Notes: a model not told the origin generated them from the letters alone. DNA of 42,718 nt from an uncultured Spirochaetaceae bacterium (GCA_964346995.1 CAYFXT010000001.1:1-42718), one strand, 5' to 3'. Shown: positions 24,601 to 32,816, counted from the stretch's first letter. Made by a program: numbers and translations.

Positions 24601-25566
24601 TCATGCCACTTCCAGATCGGCGAAACGCAGCACGCGGCGCGGTGCATGGAATCTTCCACGCGGCACCCGCCAACGCGCCGGCAACTCGCCAACGGCGGCA
24701 CCGGTGGCGCCGAGCACCGCGGCCAGCTTACCGGCCAGCGGCACTACCGCCCGACCCGCGGTCACGTCGCAGCCCGCCTGTCTGATGCGTCCGCCGATCG
24801 CCGCGTAGATCGCGCGGGCGGCGCGGATCGACAGCGCCGCGCGCCACGGCAGCGCCAGGAACCCCGCCTCGGCGGCGCCGTAGAAGCGGCCGGCATTCGC
24901 CAGCACCTCGCCGACCACGGCGCGCAGCGGATCGCGCGCCGTGCCGGGGAAGGCATGGCCGAGTTGCGCCGGCAGGTCGCCGAGCCGGGCGCGATCGAGG
25001 CAGGTGCGCGGCAGGTAGATGCGGCCCAGATGCCAGTCCTCCAGCACGTCGCGGCAGATGTTGGTGAGCTGCATTGCCACGCCGAGTTGCGCGGCCGCCT
25101 GCAGGGCGGCGTCGTCGCGCAACGTCAGGACGTGGGACATCATCAATCCGACGGTACCCGCGACGCGGTAACAGTAGTGCAGCAGGTCGTGCAGGTCGGC
25201 GTATACCGGTCGATCGATATCCGTACTCATGCCGGTCAGCATCTCGCGCGGATAGTGCAGCGGCATCGCCGTGGCGCGCACCACCGCGCCGAACGCATCG
25301 ACCACCGGGTCGCCGGTCGAAGCGCCTTCGGCGAGGCGCTCCAGCTCCGCGTGCAATTGCGCGAGCGCCACCCGGCTTGCGGCTGGCGGCACGCCGTCGA
25401 CGGCATCGTCGGCGCGCCTGCACCAGGCGTACACCACCAGAGCGCCGCGCCGGCTATGGCGCGGTAGCAGGCGCGCCGCCAGGGCGAAGCTCCTCGACCC
25501 GGCGGCGATGCGGCGCCGGCAGTCGGCCTCCACCGCCGTCGTTATGCGCAGCGCGGTATGGCTCAC
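24601..25566 (-). CDS. crtB: Phytoene synthase
   Basis: Contains SFALAARLLP, YAWCRRADDAVDG (first Asp-rich motif), YCYRVAGTVGLMM and QLTNICRDVLEDWHLGRIYLP. The GTG start at 25566 overlaps the crtI TGA (25563-25565) as GTGA. Confidence 0.93.
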   Translation of the reverse strand: MSHTALRITTAVEADCRRRIAAGSRSFALAARLLPRHSRRGALVVYAWCRRADDAVDGVPPAASRVALAQLHAELERLAEGASTGDPVVDAFGAVVRATAMPLHYPREMLTGMSTDIDRPVYADLHDLLHYCYRVAGTVGLMMSHVLTLRDDAALQAAAQLGVAMQLTNICRDVLEDWHLGRIYLPRTCLDRARLGDLPAQLGHAFPGTARDPLRAVVGEVLANAGRFYGAAEAGFLALPWRAALSIRAARAIYAAIGGRIRQAGCDVTAGRAVVPLAGKLAAVLGATGAAVGELPARWRVPRGRFHAPRRVLRFADLEVA

Positions 25567-27116
25567 GGGGCCAGGTCCGCCAGGACCAGATCGGCCGTGG
25601 CGCGCGCCGAGTTGATCACGCCCGGGATACCGGCACCGGGGTGGGTGCCGGCGCCCACCAGATAGAGCCCCGCGATATGGGGATCGCGGTTGGGCACCCG
25701 AAACCAGGCGCTCTGGGTGAGGGTCGGCGCCAGCGAGAATGCGCTGCCGTGGTAGGCATGCAGGGCAGTGCGGAAGTCCAGCGGCGTCATCCAGCGGGAC
25801 ACTACGACGTGGCGGCGCAGATCGGGAAGGACCCGTTCCAGGGCGGTGAGGATACGTTCCGCGTAGGCCGGAGCGATCCTATCCCAGGTCAGCGCCGCGT
25901 TGCCCAGGTGGGGTACCGGGGACAGTACGTAGAACGCACCGTGTCCCGGCGGCGCCAACGACGGGTCGGTGACGTGCGGCGCGTGCAGGTAGAGTGAGAG
26001 ATCTTCCGGCAGCCGCGCGCCGTGGAAGATGTCGGTCAGCAGTTCCCGGTAGCGTGCTCCGAACAGTACCGAGTGATGGACGACGTTGTCGCGGTAATCG
26101 CGGTCGGTGCCGAAGTAGAGCACGAACAGCGACATCGACCACACCGAGCGTTCCAGGCGGCGCTGGCGCCGCGCCGCGCCCGCGTCGCCGCGGTACAACA
26201 CGGCATAGGTGTGATGCACGTCGGCGTTGGACACCACGGCGTCGAACGGTTCGAGTCGCGCCGCGCCCGCGTGCGCGTAGCTGAGCCGGTGCGTCACCTG
26301 GCCGCGGTCTTCGGTCGGCACGACGTGGCGCACCGGGCAGTCCAGCAGCAGCCGTCCGCCGAGGTCGGTGAACAGCCGGGCCAGGGCGCGCACCAGGACG
26401 CCGACCCCGCCGCGCGGGTAGAATACGCCCCAGCGGCGTTCGAGGAAGTGGACGAGGGTGTAGATGGCGCTGGTCTCGAACGGATTGCCGCCCACCAGCA
26501 GGGTGTGGAAGCTGAGCGCCTGACGCACCCGCTCGTCGCCGATGAAGCGCGCCACGGTGCGGTACACCGAACGGTCGGCGCGCAGGCCGATGAGTTGCGG
26601 CGCGACCCGTACCATATCCCAGAACCGCAGGAAGGGGGTGGCGGCCAGTTCCTCGTAGCCGGTCTGGAACACCGCTCGCGTGTAGTCGTGAAAACGGCGG
26701 TAACCATCCCGATCGGGCGGATTGCGCCGTCCGATCTCCGCGGCCAGAGCGCCGCCGTCGGCGCAGTAGTCGAACCGGTCACCATCCGGCCACAGCAGCC
26801 GGTAGAGCGGATCGACGGCGATCAGCTCTACCCGGTCGGCAAGTGCGCTGCCGGCGACCGCGAACAGGTCCTCCAGCAGCGTCGGGTCGGTGATCACCGT
26901 GGGGCCCATGTCGAAGGTGAATCCACCCTGACGCCAGACGTACGCCCTGCCACCCGGCTCGGCGCGAGCCTCGAACAGCGTGGTCGCGATGCCCGCCGCC
27001 TGCAGGCGAATGGCGGCCGCGAGCCCACCGAAACCGCTGCCCACAACCGCCACCCGGCGGGTGCGTCGGGCGGCGGGCGCTGCGCCGGGCGGCGGCGGCG
27101 CGCGGCTGGCGGTCAC
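25563..27116 (-). CDS. crtI: Phytoene desaturase (CrtI type)
   Basis: Contains VAVVGSGFGGLAAAIRLQAAGI..TLFEA...GGRA and the CrtI C-terminal signature LYLVGAGTHPGAGIPGV. GTG 27116 overlaps the crtY TGA (27113-27115) as GTGA; the track start GTG 27122 is also possible. Confidence 0.93.
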   Translation of the reverse strand: MTASRAPPPPGAAPAARRTRRVAVVGSGFGGLAAAIRLQAAGIATTLFEARAEPGGRAYVWRQGGFTFDMGPTVITDPTLLEDLFAVAGSALADRVELIAVDPLYRLLWPDGDRFDYCADGGALAAEIGRRNPPDRDGYRRFHDYTRAVFQTGYEELAATPFLRFWDMVRVAPQLIGLRADRSVYRTVARFIGDERVRQALSFHTLLVGGNPFETSAIYTLVHFLERRWGVFYPRGGVGVLVRALARLFTDLGGRLLLDCPVRHVVPTEDRGQVTHRLSYAHAGAARLEPFDAVVSNADVHHTYAVLYRGDAGAARRQRRLERSVWSMSLFVLYFGTDRDYRDNVVHHSVLFGARYRELLTDIFHGARLPEDLSLYLHAPHVTDPSLAPPGHGAFYVLSPVPHLGNAALTWDRIAPAYAERILTALERVLPDLRRHVVVSRWMTPLDFRTALHAYHGSAFSLAPTLTQSAWFRVPNRDPHIAGLYLVGAGTHPGAGIPGVINSARATADLVLADLAP

Positions 27117-28462
27117 GGGCACGACTGCGCTGCGCCCCGCCCGGGGCCACGCTGTCGTTTCCGCCGGTCATCGACAGCGTCGGCGTCCGGACGGTCGAAG
27201 CCCGGCGCAGTGCCGGATCCGTGCGGCTCACGCCTGCTGTGCTGCGCCGCTCGCTCGGCAGCGGGCAGGTGCGAGTCTGCTCCGGCCGCGAGGCGCGCGC
27301 GACCGCCATGCGCGGCTCGCCAATGGCTCGGCGACAGGCCGCGCGGCGGGCGACCGCTCAACAGGCGCAGCTTGTCGCCGCCGGTCAGCCGCAGGGCAAA
27401 GAAACGGCGGATGGTGGGCTCCGGCAAACCGAAGAAGCGTGCGAAGATGTTGCGCCGCGCCGCGGCCGGGTAGGCGTGAAACAGCAGCCGGTTGAGCAGG
27501 CAGCAGAAGCGGGCGCGGCGCTGCAGTTGGCCGCGCGCGGCGGCCGCGGCGGCCGGCAGCCGTGCCGCCGGCGTCGTCGCGGCCAGCACCGCCAGCTCGG
27601 CCGCCAGCGGCAGCGAGTAGCCGGTGCCGGGATGGAACCAGCCGCCGCGGTAGCCGCCGTGCACGATGCCGGCCGCCGCCCGGGTCGGCGGATCCGGCAT
27701 CCGCCACGGCATCGGCAGGACGCCCTGCTCCGTTCGGGTCACCGCCTGCGCGCGCCAGCCGTGGCGGCGCAGCCATGCGGCAATGGCCTGCTGCCGCTGC
27801 GCCACGTCGAGGTGCGGTCGATCCGAGAACGAGGTGTCCTCGACCAGAGCGCGGCGCCCGGAGAGCGGCAACACGTACATGAAGCGGAACCCGTCGTACT
27901 GCGGCACGGTGGCGTCCATCACCAGGGGCCACTCCAGGCCGTGCGGTTCGTGCAGCGTGATCTCCTGCCCGTAGAATTTCTGGTAGCCACCGCGCGCGCC
28001 GGCACCATCGGCTCCGCGGGCGTCGACCACGGTGGCGCCGCGCACCGTACGTCCATCCGCCAGGTGCACCATGCCGGGGGCGACCCGATCGACCTGCGCG
28101 TGCTCCCACGCCAGCACGCCATCGCGGCCGGCGAGCAGCGCCAGGACCACGGCGCGCAGGCGCACGCTGGCGATCATGGCGTAAGGGGTGTGCAGGCGGC
28201 GCCGGAATCCGGGGAAGCGCACCTCGTAGCTGCTCCACCTGTGGCTGACGAACGGGTCCACCTGCCGGCGCATGGCCGGTGAGAGATCGCTTTCGTAGAA
28301 ACACCAGGTGTGGTTGCCGCCGATCTCACCGCGCTCCAGCAGAGCCACGCTTGGGCGTGGTCCCGCCGTTCCCAATCCCGGTGAGGCATACAGCGCCGCC
28401 ACGACCAGCGCGTTCTGCAACCCGCCTCCGCACAGAATCAGATCCGCCTCGTGCGCCGCCAC
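27113..28462 (-). CDS. crtY: Lycopene beta-cyclase (CrtY type) with a ~60-aa C-terminal extension
   Basis: Contains DLILCGGGLQNALVVAAL, GGYRGGWFHPGTGYSLP and FFGLPEPTIRRFFALRLTGGDKLRLLSGRPP. The GTG start at 28462 lies 5 nt after the crtE stop. Confidence 0.88.
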   Translation of the reverse strand: MAAHEADLILCGGGLQNALVVAALYASPGLGTAGPRPSVALLERGEIGGNHTWCFYESDLSPAMRRQVDPFVSHRWSSYEVRFPGFRRRLHTPYAMIASVRLRAVVLALLAGRDGVLAWEHAQVDRVAPGMVHLADGRTVRGATVVDARGADGAGARGGYQKFYGQEITLHEPHGLEWPLVMDATVPQYDGFRFMYVLPLSGRRALVEDTSFSDRPHLDVAQRQQAIAAWLRRHGWRAQAVTRTEQGVLPMPWRMPDPPTRAAAGIVHGGYRGGWFHPGTGYSLPLAAELAVLAATTPAARLPAAAAAARGQLQRRARFCCLLNRLLFHAYPAAARRNIFARFFGLPEPTIRRFFALRLTGGDKLRLLSGRPPRGLSPSHWRAAHGGRARLAAGADSHLPAAERAAQHSRREPHGSGTAPGFDRPDADAVDDRRKRQRGPGRGAAQSCP

Positions 28463-28467
28463 CGCCG

Positions 28468-29559
28468 TCAGGGACGCCGCGCCAGAACGGCCCCGATCAT
28501 ATCGAGCAACGCCGCGCGGTGCGCCGGCTCCACGGTCAGCGCCGCAGCCCGTCGCCGCGCTTCGGCCGCGGTGCGCTCCAGGTGGGTGCCGACCAGCTCG
28601 CGGATTCCGGCGCGGTCGACCGCCGCGCGCACGCGCAGCAGGTCATCGAAACGCAGCGCGCGGTTGCCGAACAGCGGAGCGATCGCGGCCCACTCGGCCG
28701 GCCGCAGGCGCCGGCTCAACAGCGCATAGAACAGCGTGTGTCGTCCCTCCCGCGCGTCATTGCCGATCGGCTTGCCCAGCTCCTGCGCGTCGCCGAACAG
28801 GTCGAGCTCATCATCGATGATCTGGAACATCTGTCCCGTGCAGTGCCCGATGGCGCCGAGCTCGGTCACCGTGTCGGCGTCCAGACCGCTCAACAAGCCG
28901 CCGACCGTTAGCGGTAGCGCGCACGAGTAGCCGGCGGTCTTCTGCGCGTATACCTCGAAGATCGCGCTGTCGTCGCACCGATGGTCGAGGGCGAGCCGTA
29001 TTTCGTGCATCTCGCCGAGGCCGGCGGCGCCGACCGTCCGGGTGATGACGGTAAGCAGTCGCTGCTTGGTGGCGGCGTCGACGCCGAGTTGAGCCAGCAT
29101 CTCGAAGGCGAAGAAGAACCCCACGTCGCCGGCGCACAACGCCATGCTGCGCCCCACGTGGGCCGCCCGCCTGGGGTCACGCCGGGCGGCGACCCGCGCA
29201 TAGCGCACGTGCCACGCCGGCAGACCGCGCCGCGCCTCGCTACGGTCGATGAGGTCGTCATGAATCAGCATGGCGGAGTGCAGCAACTCCAGCGCGGCCG
29301 CGCAGCGCAGTACCTCCTCCGGCAGCGGTCCCGCGCGTCCGATCCGATAAGCCAGGATCACCAGCATGGCGCGCATCATCTTGCCGCGGCATACGTACCG
29401 CGCATAGCCGCGAGCCACGTCGCCGTTGGCGTCGCCGTGCTCCTTGGCGTCGAGGAATTGTTCGAGAAACCGCTCTACCGCCTGCCGGTCGCCCGCAACG
29501 AACGGAACCGGCAGGTGCGTCGGTGCGCGCCGGGACTGTGTTCGCAGCGGTGCCGCCAC
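28468..29559 (-). CDS. crtE: Polyprenyl (geranylgeranyl) diphosphate synthase
   Basis: The first Asp-rich motif is LLHSAMLIHDDLIDRS and the second is GQMFQIIDDELDLFG. The GTG start shares 1 nt with the upstream TAG (29559). Confidence 0.88.
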   Translation of the reverse strand: MAAPLRTQSRRAPTHLPVPFVAGDRQAVERFLEQFLDAKEHGDANGDVARGYARYVCRGKMMRAMLVILAYRIGRAGPLPEEVLRCAAALELLHSAMLIHDDLIDRSEARRGLPAWHVRYARVAARRDPRRAAHVGRSMALCAGDVGFFFAFEMLAQLGVDAATKQRLLTVITRTVGAAGLGEMHEIRLALDHRCDDSAIFEVYAQKTAGYSCALPLTVGGLLSGLDADTVTELGAIGHCTGQMFQIIDDELDLFGDAQELGKPIGNDAREGRHTLFYALLSRRLRPAEWAAIAPLFGNRALRFDDLLRVRAAVDRAGIRELVGTHLERTAAEARRRAAALTVEPAHRAALLDMIGAVLARRP

Positions 29560-30836
29560 TACCGGTGCAGGTCGTACACGCGGTAGCCGTCATCGCGGAT
29601 TCGCTTCAGATAGAAGGAATCGCGCGGTATGGACCTCTCGCAGCCGTGGCTCGGAGCTCGGTAGCCGGCGGCGTTGGTGCCGTCGTCGGCCACCCAGCGG
29701 TCGTAGTCGTCGGAGGGCGCTTCCTGTGCGTGGTTGAGGGCGGAGTCCATGTCCCAGCGGCGGATCACCTCCGGAGCGCGCTCGGCGACCTGCCCACTGA
29801 GCGCCACGGCGGTGTTGCCGGAACCGTAGGAAAGCATCAGCAGCCGTTCGCCGACCATGCCGTCGCCGCGTCGCTGGCAGCGGCGGTTCAGCAGGGAGGC
29901 GAGGCTGAGGAACACCGATCCCGAGTACAGGTTGCCGACGATCGCGGCCGGCTGAATCGAAGCGTCGAAGTCGCGCTGCGCGAGGTACCGTTGCACGTCC
30001 GCTCCCGAATAGCCGAGGTACCTGGTGACCAGCGATCCCATCATCTCCAGTGGGAGATGGTGGTAGGGCGCATGGAAGGCGAACAGGTCGGTGTTGCGCA
30101 ACGTCTCGGCCGGGGTTTCGCCAGCGCGGTTGCAGTGGTCCAGGAACGCCTCCTCGATCGTCTCCTTGTAGCAATGGATCGAAAACGAGCCGCGCACGCG
30201 CGGCGTCTTGGCTCCCACCGGGCGGAAGAAGTCGTCCACGTCCCGCGATGCGTAGCCGGCGCTGGCCACGTCCAGCTCCACCAGACCGCAGCCCCGTTCC
30301 GCTATCATGGCGACCGCACCGGCGCCCTGGGTAATTTCGGCGCTGGTACCGGGTGCGTAGCGCGCAACGTCGGTACAGATCACCAGACCACGGTCGTTGC
30401 TGACCCGGCTCAGGGAGAGGAGCGCATTGACGCCGAGCAGTGAATAGGTGCCACCGGCGCAGGCGTGCTGCGTCTGGAAGGTGGCAATGGTGCTCGGAAT
30501 GGGAAAACCGGCGGCCCGCAACATGCCGCCGACGTGGGCGGCGATCGGCTTGGCCAGATCGGTTGCGGATTCGGTGCCTACCGCGATGTAGCGAAGGCTC
30601 GCGATGGCGCTGTCGCTCATGCGCGACAGCACCTGCATGGCCGCCTGAGCGGCCATGGTCACCGCATCCTCCCAGAAATGGGGAAAGCGCACGGAGATCT
30701 GTCCCGTTTTCTGGATGGCGCGGTCGAGAATGCGCTGGATGGTCGGATTGGACAATGCGTAGCGTTCGAGCAGGCGGCTCAAGCGCATGAGCAGCTTGGG
30801 GATGTAGACGGCCATGTCGCCGATACCGGTGGTCAT
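29559..30836 (-). CDS. Hydroxymethylglutaryl-CoA synthase family protein
   Basis: The HMGS catalytic triad contexts are present: GTESATDLAKP (Glu), TQHACAGGT (Cys) and FAFHAPYHHL (His). Also present are GNLYSGSVFLSLASLL and the C-terminal FYLKRIRDDGYRVY block. ATG 30836 has GGAGGA 6 nt upstream; the track's 108 extra N-terminal codons are rejected. Confidence 0.82.
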   Translation of the reverse strand: MTTGIGDMAVYIPKLLMRLSRLLERYALSNPTIQRILDRAIQKTGQISVRFPHFWEDAVTMAAQAAMQVLSRMSDSAIASLRYIAVGTESATDLAKPIAAHVGGMLRAAGFPIPSTIATFQTQHACAGGTYSLLGVNALLSLSRVSNDRGLVICTDVARYAPGTSAEITQGAGAVAMIAERGCGLVELDVASAGYASRDVDDFFRPVGAKTPRVRGSFSIHCYKETIEEAFLDHCNRAGETPAETLRNTDLFAFHAPYHHLPLEMMGSLVTRYLGYSGADVQRYLAQRDFDASIQPAAIVGNLYSGSVFLSLASLLNRRCQRRGDGMVGERLLMLSYGSGNTAVALSGQVAERAPEVIRRWDMDSALNHAQEAPSDDYDRWVADDGTNAAGYRAPSHGCERSIPRDSFYLKRIRDDGYRVYDLHR

Positions 30837-30862
30837 GTGCGCTCCTCCACAATCAGTTCCCG

Positions 30863-31786
30863 TCAAACGGGGTGTTGAACGGTATACCGCAGACGCAATG
30901 TAGCGCGAACTCCATCCAACCCTGCAACTATCGCACCTATCGACTCGATCTCCGGGCGCGCTGCGTCGGCTCCGGCACCGCCGCACAGGATGATTGTACC
31001 CGACTCGATCGACCCTGCCACGACCCGCAAGTCGTGGAGGACGGCCGGCGGCGGGGGGCAGCGGGTCATGCTGATCAGTACCGCACCGGGCCGGTGCACG
31101 GCAACGGTCGCGACGATCCCGGCCGCCGGTACGTCGGCGCCAAGATACACCACGCGCCATCCCTCGCCCGCTGCCACCACGGCCGCCGCCAGGATGCCGA
31201 GCTCATGATGTTCCCCGCTTGCGGTGCCCGCCACCGCCACCGGCGCCTCGACCGAGAGGCGCTGCATGCCGAGCGCTGCGTCCAGGAACGCGCGGAAGGT
31301 AGTCGTGGCAAGGTGCTCGTGGTGAGGCTCCAGGTCGCCACTCGACCATCGCGCACCGATGCGCCGCATCACCGGGGCAATGAGATGCTCGACTACCGCG
31401 ACGTAGCCGTGGTTCACCGCGGCGCGATGCAGCGTGGCCGTCAACCGCCAGGGGTCGAGCACGGATATCGCCTGCTCGCAGTCTTGCATCTGCCGCGCGA
31501 GCGGAACCGCTGACGCGTCCGCGGTATCATGGTGGACCAGCCTGATGATCTCCGCATCGGTCAACCCGGCTATCTCGCCGATCGCCAGACCACCCTGCTG
31601 CGCGGTACGCAGGAGCTGTACGCGCCGAATGTCGCGCTCCGAGTAGCGACGATGCCTGCCTCCGGAACGGTCCGGGACGATCGCTCGATAGCGAAGTTCC
31701 CACATGCGCAATACGTGCTCGCTGAGCCCGGTGCGGCGGGCAACGGCGCCGATCGGGTAGCGGGCAGTTTCGGTACGGCTGCTCAT
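30863..31786 (-). CDS. carH: CarH/LitR-type light-responsive regulator: MerR HTH plus cobalamin-binding domain
   Basis: The MerR HTH is YPIGAVARRTGLSEHVLRMWELRY....PDRS.GGHRRYSERDI. The B12-binding helical-bundle motif W-x9-EH is present (WSSGDLEPHHEH), as is the lower-ligand motif E-x-H-x-x-G (GEHHELG). ATG 31786 was chosen because 31787-31864 has a low-GC, non-coding character. Confidence 0.85.
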   Translation of the reverse strand: MSSRTETARYPIGAVARRTGLSEHVLRMWELRYRAIVPDRSGGRHRRYSERDIRRVQLLRTAQQGGLAIGEIAGLTDAEIIRLVHHDTADASAVPLARQMQDCEQAISVLDPWRLTATLHRAAVNHGYVAVVEHLIAPVMRRIGARWSSGDLEPHHEHLATTTFRAFLDAALGMQRLSVEAPVAVAGTASGEHHELGILAAAVVAAGEGWRVVYLGADVPAAGIVATVAVHRPGAVLISMTRCPPPPAVLHDLRVVAGSIESGTIILCGGAGADAARPEIESIGAIVAGLDGVRATLRLRYTVQHPV

Positions 31787-31801
31787 GCTGGCTTGTTCCA
31801 C

Positions 31802-31830
31802 ATATTCGCGTATGGTGAAACTGGCGTCAA
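31802..31830 (-). promoter_or_regulatory. Candidate promoter of the carH-led carotenoid operon
   Basis: On the minus strand the -35 is TTGACG (31830-31825), followed by a 17-nt spacer and the -10 GAATAT (31807-31802). An imperfect inverted repeat, TTCACCA (31819-31813) and TGTGGAA (31802-31796), brackets the -10. Confidence 0.35.
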
Positions 31831-31891
31831 GATTCGTGGTATCATGATCTAGTAGAGCACGCATATATTTCCATTTTTGTTGAGGTTCGAG

Positions 31892-32797
31892 ATGAAAATT
31901 ATCGTTACCGGGGGTACCGGGCTGATCGGATCGCGGCTCGTGCGGGCGCTGCGGGAGGCTGGCACCAAGTACCAGCCGGTGGTGCTTACCCGTGACCCGC
32001 GGCGAGTTCCGGAAGGCGTGGCCGCGGCGTCATGGCAGCTGGCGAGCGAGGCACCGCCGCGCGGCGTGCTGGACGGCGCCGCCGCGGTGATACATCTGGC
32101 GGGCGAGCCGATCTCCGCCGGGCGCTGGACGGCCGCGCGGCGGGCGCGGATCGAGGAGAGCCGTTGGGCGAGTACGGCGAATCTGGTGCGCGGGCTGGCA
32201 TCTGCACAGCCGTGCCCGCCGGTGCTGCTCGCCGGTTCCGCGGTCGGCTTCTACGGCGACCGCGGCGACGAACTGCTGGATGAGAGCGCCGCGGCCGGAG
32301 ACGGGTACCTGGCCGCGGTCTGCAGGCGCTGGGAGCAGGAGGCGACCGCGGCGGAGAAGCTGGGCGTGCGCGTAGTCTATCTGCGCACCGGTGTGGTGCT
32401 CGCCCGTGAGGGCGGCGCACTGCCCCGCATGGCGGCGCCATTTCGCCTGGGCGCCGGTGGCCGGCTCGGCCACGGGCGCCAATGGATGCCGTGGATCCAC
32501 GTCGACGACGTAGTCGGTCTGCTCCGCCACGCCCTCGCCGATGGCCGGCTGCACGGGCCGCTGAACGTGGTGGCGCCCGGCGCGGCGACCAACGCCGAAC
32601 TGACCCGCGAACTGGGCCAGGTGCTGCGGCGCCCGGCGTTCATGGTAGTGCCGGCACTGGCGCTCAAGCTGCTGTTCGGCGGCATGGGTGCGATGCTGCT
32701 CGCCTCCCAGCGCGTGGTCCCGCGCGCCGCCGAGGCGACCGGCTACCGGTTCCGCTTCGCAAACCTGGATGCAGCGCTGGCCGATCTGCTCGGCTGA
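31892..32797 (+). CDS. TIGR01777-family (SDR39U1/YfcH-like) NAD-dependent epimerase/dehydratase with a DUF1731 C-terminus
   Basis: Begins MKIIVTGGTGLIGSRL and ends with the C-terminal block QRVVPRAAEATGYRFRF..LDAAL.DLL. GAGG lies 6 nt upstream of ATG 31892. It is divergent from carH. Confidence 0.85.
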   Translation: MKIIVTGGTGLIGSRLVRALREAGTKYQPVVLTRDPRRVPEGVAAASWQLASEAPPRGVLDGAAAVIHLAGEPISAGRWTAARRARIEESRWASTANLVRGLASAQPCPPVLLAGSAVGFYGDRGDELLDESAAAGDGYLAAVCRRWEQEATAAEKLGVRVVYLRTGVVLAREGGALPRMAAPFRLGAGGRLGHGRQWMPWIHVDDVVGLLRHALADGRLHGPLNVVAPGAATNAELTRELGQVLRRPAFMVVPALALKLLFGGMGAMLLASQRVVPRAAEATGYRFRFANLDAALADLLG

Positions 32798-32816
32798 CCC
32801 GAATCGTTCCCGGCCC

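Noticed and set aside
31787-31891. Thermus/Myxococcus-style CarH operator (three tandem 11-bp repeats of the nAnnTnnACAn type)
   Set aside because: I could not find three phased ACA-containing repeats on either strand. Only the imperfect inverted repeat and the ATCATGAT palindrome reported above are visible, so the operator architecture remains open.
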